From Candidatus Poribacteria bacterium (lineage in GTDB: Bacteria > Poribacteria > WGA-4E > WGA-3G): DNA of 64,000 nt. Made by a program: the position numbers and the translations under genes. Shown piece by piece: positions 20,201-29,127 of the stretch (the stretch's first letter is position 1; each line of letters begins with the position of its first letter). The notes beneath the pieces were generated by a model. It saw nothing but the letters and a program-made list of their open reading frames with translations. It had not been told where the DNA came from and did no database searches. The stretch spans positions 3,648,001 to 3,712,000 of the forward strand of contig OZ243938.1 in the NCBI GenBank assembly GCA_965214095.1, in the 5' to 3' direction.

Positions 20201-20642
20201 TTGCATGAGCGTTCAGAAGCGTTTCTAAACAGGAAGAAACAGCATCAGGGGCATCACAGATAGACTCATATTTAAACTCAAAGTCGTGCCAATGCGCACC
20301 ATCACGTGCTGATGGCATGCCTGTATATATTTGAATACCCCAAGAGTTGTACCACTGCCTAATTTGCCAACTTCTTGTGCTTTGTCGTGTCAAGAACCGT
20401 TCGCCACCACAATCGGGTGGCACTTGATCATTTGCAGATGCGTGACCTATCGGCATAAATGAAATATCCGCATTCTCAAGTTCTTCAAGCATCAACGGAT
20501 TGCCACGTGCACAATGCACCTTGATGTGAAACGGCGGACGTTTGTATAACGCAGGGGTCACCACCGTTTTCCGTTGACGCAACGACTCTCTTTCCGCATG
20601 CCGTTCGTGACAAAGTTGAATAATTTCTTCTAATAAATGCAT
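17225..20642 (-). pseudogene. Frameshifted ~1140-aa gene: primase-polymerase-like N-terminus, degenerate helicase-like core, C-terminal HTH domains
   Basis: ORFs 19605..20642 and 17225..19612 join in frame if 2 nt (AT) are restored at ~19647, giving ...AITD-IWDDTGISPSNLVSKKVV.... Motifs TLTKSGGLRF, CPNCPVYTAC, ICIIDE, GKIVRVRRGVYSL. Domain calls tentative. Confidence 0.6.
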
Positions 20643-20731
20643 AGTTATACACCCAAAATTGTTGATACAGATATATGGTAGATTATGGAATTATTTATAC
20701 AGTCTACAACGGTGCGATTAGGAAATTGTAC

Positions 20732-20902
20732 CATAAGCGTCAATTTAGCATCCTTCCAAGTACTGGTAGGTTCGGTTTCCTAACCGAACCGGCTTTGTGC
20801 CAAATACCTTTATAGAGGTTCTCGCACAGGTTCCGTGCGGTTAGGAAACCGCACCTACCGGCCTGGAGAAAACGCCTAATTTACACTAAATTGACGCCTA
20901 TG
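20732..20902. mobile_element. 171-bp MITE with the IS4 element's TIRs; 20-bp target duplication
   Basis: Ends cataagcgtcaatttag / ctaaattgacgcctatg; gtgcgattaggaaattgtac at both 20712..20731 and 20903..20922. Confidence 0.9.
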
Positions 20903-20922
20903 GTGCGATTAGGAAATTGTAC

Positions 20923-21129
20923 CATAAGCGTCAATTTAGCATCCTTCCAAGTACTGGTAGGTTCGGTTTCCTAACCGAACCGGCTTTGTGCCAAATGAGG
21001 TTCTCGCACAGGTTCCGTGCGGTTAGGAAACCGCACCTACCGAGGTTCTCGCACAGGTTCCGTGCGGTTAGGAAACCGCACCTACCGGCCTGGGGAAAAC
21101 GCCTAATTTACACTAAATTGACGCCTATG
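20923..21129. mobile_element. Second tandem MITE copy (207 bp, internal rearrangement)
   Basis: Same TIRs; followed by gtgcgattaggaaatcgcac at 21130..21149. Confidence 0.85.
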
Positions 21130-21637
21130 GTGCGATTAGGAAATCGCACCTACCGGGGTACGGAAGTGTATAATTATTTTTTAACCATAATATGTTCAAT
21201 AAACGTGTCGTATCTACACGGTATGGATATGGAATCACACCGTGTGCATCACGATGGACGCAACCCGATTCACGGCAATCAGCAGGGAATTCCTAATCAT
21301 CCCTTCACCGTTAATTGTGCAAAAGTGCAAAATTAACACTGATCCCCTAATTAATTAAAAATGTAATAAAATATTGGATTCCCGATTGTTCCAATAACCT
21401 ATCCCTGTTGATCAGTACGATTAGATATGTGCACCAACCAACTTAGACATTAATATATTAGCACAGTACAGAATTTTCTTCAAGGAGTGTGTAAAGTTAA
21501 TACTCAAAGCGGTAGGTTCGGTTTCCTAACCAATGCAGAATACCACACGCGTATTCTGGCGAAACCGTCAATTTAGCATCCTTCCAAGTACCGGTAGGTT
21601 CGGTTTCCTAACCGAACCGGGTTTGCGCCAATTCATC

Positions 21638-21836
21638 ACAACCCCTTACAACATCGGAGCAGCTTATCTTAACAATGGCACTTAGAAACGTCAAACTCAC
21701 AATCCTGGAAATCTACTAATCCTGAAAATCCTGGTTCAGACAATACAACCCCTTACAACATCGGAGCAGCTTATCTTAACAATGGCACTTAGAAACGCCA
21801 AACTCACAATCCTGCAAATCCTGGTTCAGACAATAC
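21638..21836. repeat. ~107-bp tandem duplication ending in the TGTCTGAACCAGGAT-family repeat
   Basis: acaaccccttacaacatcggagcagc... at 21638 and 21745; the second copy lacks one internal aatcctg..aatctact unit. Confidence 0.85.
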
Positions 21837-22499
21837 CAAAAATCCGCAATTCTCACAAAAAATCACACAATTCCACAAAAAAATGCATTTTTCTTGTAAT
21901 TTTTTCTTGACTTATAACGTATATTTATATATAATATGTCATATACTTCATATTAAGACATAGAAAATGTAAAATATATATAAAAATTAACTTGCTTAAG
22001 TTTATATTTTATATTATCATTATTATGTGTTGAATATATGATTTCAATTTTCGTAAAACAAACCGATACCTTACAAACAGAATATAAAGGTATTGGCAAG
22101 TGAGGACACCAGAGAAAAAGATATAAGTTCCATAACGGAGTCCCATTTTTATAACTTAATAATAAGACAATAACATTTTAATTTGACATTATATTAATTT
22201 TATCTTATAATTAATATACTAAACTTTGAAAACCTTGCAAACTGGCGCGAATTATTGGGATAGATAGAAAACATATTCGCAAATGCCACACGCAAGGAAA
22301 AGCATCAATAACCCCGATGTAGGTAAAAATAGATGGATAGATTAGGTGAGTTATTGATTGAGATAGGTAAACAGGAAACCCCTGTTTAAACACAATATTA
22401 ATAAAAATTATTAATATTTACGATTGGAAGATTAGATTAACAGGAATTAATCCCTGAATCTTAACTTGAATTTAATATTCCTAAAAGGAGAAATAAGTA

Positions 22500-25400
22500 A
22501 TGCGATTGTCAAATAAATCGACATTTTCCTTAGTATGTTTTATTTTTCTACTGGCATTCGTCGCGCTGCCTGTGATGGCACACGGACCAGATGCTACGGA
22601 TGTAGGTCCACATACTCATCCAGTAACGGAGGCAGTTGCGGCAAACAACCAGGCCGATCCTCCTGTATTAGAAGTGCCTATACATAATGCTCACCCTGTA
22701 GTCACATCAATTGTTCTAAAGGGTGATAATACGCGTGGCACAATGGCTGCAGTTATAACAGATGACGATGTCAATGAAAATCAATTCACCTTAGTTGTGA
22801 CTTTTGATAGAGATATTGTGGGTACAGCTGCAACTACTGTTGTTCCTGATTTTGTTGCTGGTACTCGTACGGACGGTGCAGCTTTAGAAGGTGCTGATCT
22901 CACTACTACCATCCTGCAAGTTGACAACACACCAGCTTATATAGCTACATCTGATTTTGTTATCAATCGTGTAATGGGTAATGATGCTCAGTATGAAATA
23001 GTCGTTACACCTGGGACAGTTCCGAATGCCGACACCGCAGACACAGCTACGAACGATGATACCTTGACATACAGAATACAAGTAAATGCTAATGTCGTGT
23101 TTAGTTTGCGAACAACAGAGATTGTAGAAACGAGTGTTACTCCAGTGACTGTTGATGGTGGTGGAAATCTGGCATCAGATGTCTACGTGTTCACATTGGT
23201 CAGTGAGTTGCCACCCGCACCCACGCCTCCAGACACCACAAAACCCAGTTTTACGGTTGCCATGTCACCAGCCAATATGAGCGAACTTGAAGCAGGTAGC
23301 ACGGTTCAGTTTACACTTACTGCTTCTGAGGCTTTGGGAACTGGAAATAATGAGCTTCTGGCGACTGATGTTGTAGGCACAACGAATGTTGCATCACAAT
23401 CATTTGTTAAAGTTACAAACACCCAATACGTCGTGATTGTAACACCTACGGATCTTACGCAGCCAATAGTTCTTACAATTCCAGCGGATTCTGTGTTTGA
23501 TACAGCTGATACCCCTAATGGCAATGCAGAGCAGGTGATTACGTTTACGCCCGAAGATACTGAAGCTCCAACAGTCACTATTGAATCTGCTCTAGTGGAA
23601 ACAGGTGCTGATGCGGGTAAGATTCGTTTCACATTCACATTTAGTGAAGCAGTACAAGGCTTTGATGAAGATGATCTTATAAGAGGTAGTGGTGTTACGT
23701 TAGCAGGAAATCTTGTTCCTAATGACGACAATACAGTGTTTACAGTGCTTGTAAACCCAGCCCCAGCGGGTTCTCCGACATCACTGACACTTCGAGCTGG
23801 AGCGGTTAAGGACGGTGCTAATGAATTAGTAGGGGATCAACTGCATACTTATGTACCAGTTGTTCCGCCAGATCCCCCAGGTCCAGATCCGACAAATCCG
23901 ACCACACCAGCGAACATCTTTAGTTTCTCTGTTCCTGCAAATTCTTTCGTTATACTTGTGCGGAATGCGAATGCTCTGGTAGGAGGTTCTCCTCCGACAT
24001 CACTGAAAAGCCGTTTTGCTGGAATTGTGGATATAAACAATGCACGTGTTATATCAGATGCCAAAATCATAGAATGGTCAGCTATGCCAGACTTAGCCGA
24101 ACTCTTTGATAGAGGTGCTCCTGGCGGTGGCGGTGCACTGGTCTTGAGAAAGTCTGTTGGTGATACTGCTGCACCTGCCGTTGGTACAGTCGGTATCAGC
24201 GAAATCATGTGGGCTATGGATGCTGGATACATTGGTCAAACAAAGGCAAGAGATACACAGTGGATTGAAATTGAAAATCTCAATGCTACTGCTAAGACCG
24301 TTTTGATATATGCCCAAACAGGTGCTCAGATTACTGATTCCAATAAAGTAGTTACGAAAACACAAGCCGACGACACAATCCACGGGAACCCCAGTGGTAT
24401 GGTTGTTGATGTGATGACAAACTACTTTAACGGTAGTAGCCGTGGCTCTGCTGGTTGGGATGTTGTAGGCAGTAACGGTAGTAGCAAAACAGGTATTGAT
24501 TTTGTGTCAATGGCACGAAAAGGTACCTTTGATCTGGCCAGCAAAGATGGCGATCAATACAACAAGCGATATGTCAAAACAGCCGGAAGCACAAAAAGTT
24601 CAGATGGTCGTTCTTCAGGTTCTTGGGAAGCTTCTACAGTCCGTTATGATAGAGATACAACGGATAAACCGGCAAGTGTAACAACTGCTGTGCCAGCAAC
24701 TTTTGATTACTTGGGCACACCCGGACGCGCAAATACATTCTCAGTCTCAACACATCTTACAACAGCAGGGAGAACTAATCTGAATGATACACCTCCCGTG
24801 CTCTTTAATGAGATTGGTAACCGTTCTGACTCTGATAAGGCTTATGAATGGATTGAAATTCGTAATACTACGGGTTCACCTGTGAGTCTAAAGTCATATC
24901 GTATTACCACGATAACAGCAGTGGATACAGAAAATGTTCTGTATACCTTCCCACATGATAAGGCAGCAGATGTTCCTGCAAACGGTGTGTTGTTATTATT
25001 AGCATCAGACCCCGCAGATGATACTGATCATCCTATAGCTGTCGGTTACAATGTTGATAAAGTTCCAGAAGATCAACCATTAGGTTCAATAGGTGACCAT
25101 ATACCACGTTATAAGGTTACACCATTTGCTGGTAATGGTATTCCCAATGGTAACTTTGTTTTAGTGTTGCGTAGACCAGATACAGTTGAGAATAAAAATG
25201 AAGGTGGAAAAGGACCTTCTGAAACCGGTAACAATGATCTTGATAAGATTGTTGATATTGCAGGACACCATTCAAATTTGAGTAAAGCAAATTATCCTAA
25301 CGCAGTATCCAGTACCAGTTTCTGGCCGCTACACAATTTCCCCGCACCTCAATTTGGCAACAACAACCTGACGGAAAACAAGGTCCATTATCGGAGAAAC

Positions 25401-26723
25401 GTTAAATCCAATAAGGACGACCGTCTTGGTACAGGTGCTTGGGACAACGATAACGGCAAATCTGCATATACAACCGTAGGGTATACAGGTATCGGATATA
25501 AACGATGGGTGCCCCGTGATAACAACAGATATGGTGGTGATCCCGGTTATCATAGTCCTTTAGTTAATCTAACCACTGATGTGGCTGATGATGTAACTAT
25601 TAGTGAGATTATGTTGTCTACGGGTGATAATGGAAGACTACCGCAGTGGATAGAACTTACTAACAACTCTAAGACCAAAACGATTAACCTAAAATCTGAA
25701 GGTGGATGGAGATTAGTAATTGAAACACCTGGCGATGCTATCAGGACCCTCAACTTTAAAGATTGGGATAATGGCAATTACATTTATCCAAATCAAACTG
25801 TTCTAATCGTAGCAGGAAGTGTTGGTCGTGGTGCACAAGCAGGTAGTGATCTACTTCGGAGCTCTATTGTCTTCAAGGCTGACCGTGTTTTCAACGTCCT
25901 ACGTGAATATGCAAGTAATTTCAGTGAAATCGAAGTAGACGGTGAAATGGTCAAGAATGACCGATATCGTTTTATCCATCCACAAGCATTCAACATCAAG
26001 TTAATTGATGGAAAGAATAATGTAGCGGATGAAATCGGTAACCTTGATGGCCGTGGACGTACAAACGATACACCTGCTTGGGAATACCCAGATGGTCTAA
26101 CGAAAGATGGCTACAGAACATCCTTTATCCGTGTATACGATGAAGGTGTTGCACGTGCAGCCGTTGGTAGTGATGCCGTTGATGTACTCCCAGTGAATAC
26201 AGGCGATACCAGACTTGAACTCAATGATACTGATAGTGTTATACCTGATGAATATGCTTGGATCCGAGCTGAAGTATTGAACTTTGATTCCATTTATGTG
26301 AGACATACGTGGTATGGAAGTGAATCAGACTTCGGAACACCCGGTGTACGTAAAGGTCAACCACTACCCGTTTCATTGTCATTCTTCCGTCCAACATTGG
26401 AAGACGGTAAAGTTGTTATCCGTTGGACTACCGAATCTGAACTTGACAACGCTGGATTTAATATCCTTCGTAGTGAAAGCCGTAATGGTGAGTTCACAAA
26501 GGTCAACAACCAGTTGATTCAAGGTAATGGTACCACAGCGGAACGTAGTACATATAAATGGGTAGATACTTCAGCCAAACCAGGTGCAGTATACTACTAT
26601 CAAATTGAAGACGTATCCTTCGCTGGTGAGCATAATACGCTTACGACTACTAAGTTGAAAGGCTTAATTTCTGCACAGAACAAGCTGACAACACAGTGGG
26701 GCGAATTGAAAGAGGTACAATAA
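22500..26723 (+). CDS. Large secreted surface protein (Ig-like domains, lamin-tail-like domains, PVxL-type domain, C-terminal WGxLK motif)
   Basis: 1407 aa, signal peptide; DTEAPTVTI...FTFSEAV Ig-like; ISEIMW/FNEIG/ISEIML...QWIEL LTD-like motifs; PLPVSLSFF...WTTESELDNAGFNILRS; ends NKLTTQWGELKEVQ. Confidence 0.8.
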   Translation: MRLSNKSTFSLVCFIFLLAFVALPVMAHGPDATDVGPHTHPVTEAVAANNQADPPVLEVPIHNAHPVVTSIVLKGDNTRGTMAAVITDDDVNENQFTLVVTFDRDIVGTAATTVVPDFVAGTRTDGAALEGADLTTTILQVDNTPAYIATSDFVINRVMGNDAQYEIVVTPGTVPNADTADTATNDDTLTYRIQVNANVVFSLRTTEIVETSVTPVTVDGGGNLASDVYVFTLVSELPPAPTPPDTTKPSFTVAMSPANMSELEAGSTVQFTLTASEALGTGNNELLATDVVGTTNVASQSFVKVTNTQYVVIVTPTDLTQPIVLTIPADSVFDTADTPNGNAEQVITFTPEDTEAPTVTIESALVETGADAGKIRFTFTFSEAVQGFDEDDLIRGSGVTLAGNLVPNDDNTVFTVLVNPAPAGSPTSLTLRAGAVKDGANELVGDQLHTYVPVVPPDPPGPDPTNPTTPANIFSFSVPANSFVILVRNANALVGGSPPTSLKSRFAGIVDINNARVISDAKIIEWSAMPDLAELFDRGAPGGGGALVLRKSVGDTAAPAVGTVGISEIMWAMDAGYIGQTKARDTQWIEIENLNATAKTVLIYAQTGAQITDSNKVVTKTQADDTIHGNPSGMVVDVMTNYFNGSSRGSAGWDVVGSNGSSKTGIDFVSMARKGTFDLASKDGDQYNKRYVKTAGSTKSSDGRSSGSWEASTVRYDRDTTDKPASVTTAVPATFDYLGTPGRANTFSVSTHLTTAGRTNLNDTPPVLFNEIGNRSDSDKAYEWIEIRNTTGSPVSLKSYRITTITAVDTENVLYTFPHDKAADVPANGVLLLLASDPADDTDHPIAVGYNVDKVPEDQPLGSIGDHIPRYKVTPFAGNGIPNGNFVLVLRRPDTVENKNEGGKGPSETGNNDLDKIVDIAGHHSNLSKANYPNAVSSTSFWPLHNFPAPQFGNNNLTENKVHYRRNVKSNKDDRLGTGAWDNDNGKSAYTTVGYTGIGYKRWVPRDNNRYGGDPGYHSPLVNLTTDVADDVTISEIMLSTGDNGRLPQWIELTNNSKTKTINLKSEGGWRLVIETPGDAIRTLNFKDWDNGNYIYPNQTVLIVAGSVGRGAQAGSDLLRSSIVFKADRVFNVLREYASNFSEIEVDGEMVKNDRYRFIHPQAFNIKLIDGKNNVADEIGNLDGRGRTNDTPAWEYPDGLTKDGYRTSFIRVYDEGVARAAVGSDAVDVLPVNTGDTRLELNDTDSVIPDEYAWIRAEVLNFDSIYVRHTWYGSESDFGTPGVRKGQPLPVSLSFFRPTLEDGKVVIRWTTESELDNAGFNILRSESRNGEFTKVNNQLIQGNGTTAERSTYKWVDTSAKPGAVYYYQIEDVSFAGEHNTLTTTKLKGLISAQNKLTTQWGELKEVQ

Positions 26724-26897
26724 GGTTAAATTCAGGGATATTTAACCAGTTCTCCTAACAATAAGGAAACTGCAGAATCCTTGTTGGAGAGAATTTTCTA
26801 AAATACACCCATTGTAGGAAACTATTGTTACTTCCCGATGCAATAGTTTCCTAATTGGGCTAAGTTTAACTAACCTAACCTATCCAACTAACCTATC

Positions 26898-26940
26898 AAA
26901 ATAGAGACTTGCTCCCCCTGCAAGTCTCTATTTTTGTTTT
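26898..26940 (+). terminator. Rho-independent terminator
   Basis: aaaatagagacttgc-tccccct-gcaagtctctatttt followed by a T-run. Confidence 0.85.
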
Positions 26941-27016
26941 AATCCTTTGTCCCACACACCGGTAGGTGCGATTTAGCGTGCTTCTAGGTCCGGTAGGTTC
27001 GGTTAGGAAACCGCAC

Positions 27017-27187
27017 CATAAGCGTCAATTTAGCATCCTTCCAAGTACCGGTAGGTTCGGTTTCCTAACCGAACCGGCTTTGTGCCAAATACCTTTATAG
27101 AGGTTCTCGCACAGGTTCCGTGCGGTTAGGAAACCGCACCTACCGGTCTGGGGAAAACGCCTAATTTACACTAAATTGACGCCTATG
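27017..27187. mobile_element. 171-bp MITE with IS4-type TIRs; 20-bp target duplication
   Basis: gttcggttaggaaaccgcac at both 26997..27016 and 27188..27207. Confidence 0.9.
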
Positions 27188-27264
27188 GTTCGGTTAGGAA
27201 ACCGCACCTACCAGCCTGGCGTCGGCACAAAGCCGGTTCGGTTAGGAAACCGAACCTACCGGCA

Positions 27265-28362
27265 CTACTTCAATCCGCTACCCGTAAGAATGGAAACTGT
27301 GACATCATCCTTTTGGATAATACCTTGCTGTTGAAACTTATCATAACCGCTAATAACAACAGCAGAGGTCGGTTCTACATAGATACCTTGCTCAGCAAGT
27401 GTATTCATACCAGTAAGGATGTCAGCATCATCCACAGTGGTAAACGCTCCATCTGAGAAACGGATAGCATCCATAAGCATCTCACTACGGACAGGAAGTT
27501 CAGCGGTAATGCCTTCCGCAAGTGTCTGAGTGGTTTGTGGCATTCTTGAGATTGTAGGTGTCTTATCTCGGAAGGCGTTGTAGATAGGGCAGCAGGTAGC
27601 AGGTTGAACCCCAAGCAAGCGAGGAACACGATCAATCACACCCGCCTCATAAAGTTCAGAAAAACCGAGGTATAAACCAAGATAGATGCTACCAAATCCC
27701 ACAGGACAGATAATATGCTGTGGCAAAGAGTCACCAAATTGTTCAGTGATTTCAAAAGCGAGTGTTTTCGTGCCTTCTAAGAAGAAAGGATTCCAATTGT
27801 GAGAAGCATAACAGGTGTTTTGAGCGGCGTGTTGAACGGCTTCCGTAGTTGCCATCCGATTTCCCGGCACCAGTTTTAACGAAGCACCGTAAGCAGAAAT
27901 CTGTTTCAACTTGCCTTCTGAAGTGGAGTCAGGACAGTAGATCGTGCAGTGGATGCCTGCCCGCGCACTATACGCAGCGATGGCAGCACCCGCATTACCA
28001 GAGGAGTCCTCTACCACTGCATCAACTCCCAATGCTTTCAGATGTGTCAACAGCACAGAGGCACCACGGTCTTTATATGACCCAGTTGGACAGAGGTAGT
28101 CTAATTTTACGAAGTGTTTTGGGTTATCTGTAGGAGGATATAAAGGAACAATAGGTGTTATCCCTTCCCCGAGCGTAACGATGTCTGCGTCTGCGGGAAT
28201 AGGTAATGCATCACGATAACGCCAGAGGGATGGCGTTGAATTGTCCCATTGATATGAATAGGAGGTGTCTTTTTTGACCGTTAGCGGGGAACCGCAATCA
28301 CATTTGTATCGTAAAGGAGAGATGATGTAAGCAATGTTACATTTACTGCATAGGTATTGCAT
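27265..28362 (-). CDS. thrC: Threonine synthase (PLP fold type II)
   Basis: TLGEGITP, PTGSYKDRG, SSGNAG, VEPTSA and LTGSGLK motifs; N-terminal CxxC/CxC. Confidence 0.85.
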   Translation of the reverse strand: MQYLCSKCNIAYIISPLRYKCDCGSPLTVKKDTSYSYQWDNSTPSLWRYRDALPIPADADIVTLGEGITPIVPLYPPTDNPKHFVKLDYLCPTGSYKDRGASVLLTHLKALGVDAVVEDSSGNAGAAIAAYSARAGIHCTIYCPDSTSEGKLKQISAYGASLKLVPGNRMATTEAVQHAAQNTCYASHNWNPFFLEGTKTLAFEITEQFGDSLPQHIICPVGFGSIYLGLYLGFSELYEAGVIDRVPRLLGVQPATCCPIYNAFRDKTPTISRMPQTTQTLAEGITAELPVRSEMLMDAIRFSDGAFTTVDDADILTGMNTLAEQGIYVEPTSAVVISGYDKFQQQGIIQKDDVTVSILTGSGLK

Positions 28363-28450
28363 AAAATGTCTGAACCAGGATTTTCAGGATTGGTAGATTT
28401 CCAGGATTATCTCTATCAGTGGTATCTGTCAATATTATACCAATTCTAAT

Positions 28451-28876
28451 CAGGGTTATTTATAGTAAAATCTGAAATTAACGATGCACTTTACATTTAG
28501 AATAACGCGTTTGTAGTCGCGCAATTCATTGCGTCTCTTATATTGTATGAATATGCAATTGGGACAATATGTTTCATTAATTGTCCGTTTTACTATAGAA
28601 TAACGCGTTTGTAGTCGCGCAATTCATTGCGCCTCTTACATTCTATAAATATGCAATTGGGACAATATGTTTCATTAATTGTAAGTCTTACTATAGTTTT
28701 AATAATTTTCAATTGATGAATGTTACTAAGAGTTTATATAGTAGGTCGGGTAGAGCGTTAGCGAAACCCGACACGTTCAATGCTTGTCGGGTTTCGCTAA
28801 CGCTCTACCCGACCTACAGATGGTTGTATTGAAATGTGAAAAATATAGCAGAAATACCGAAAATTAAATAACCCTG
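28451..28876. mobile_element. MITE-like element family C with nested T1 (plus partial duplicate) and REP doublet
   Basis: cagggttatt...aaataaccctg; T1 at 28461..28695; doublet 28741..28817 identical to 6895..6971. Confidence 0.75.
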
Positions 28877-29127
28877 ATTGTAGCGCAAACTGCCAGTTTG
28901 CGTACACTACTGCACAAACTGGCAGTTTGTGCTACGGCACAGTCCAGATAGTAAAATGTAAAAATATGTACACACTTCTCGGTAGATGCGGTTTCCTAAC
29001 CGCATCTATGAGACTGAACAAACGAACAAACACCGGTTCGGTTAGGAAACCGAACCTACCGGCACGGGAGTCGGCACAACACCGGTTCGGTTAGGAAACC
29101 GAACCTACCGACTGTGTTGATTACAAT

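Noticed and set aside
20917-21336. ORF 20917..21336 and similar ORFs at 34403..34770 and 38884..39114
   Set aside because: Peptides such as VRKPHLP and GRFGFLTEP are REP/MITE translations.
27265-27290. thrC truncated by the adjacent REP cluster
   Set aside because: The protein ends just after the conserved TGSGLK, the stop lies outside the REP, and 365 aa is within the normal range; no positive evidence of truncation.
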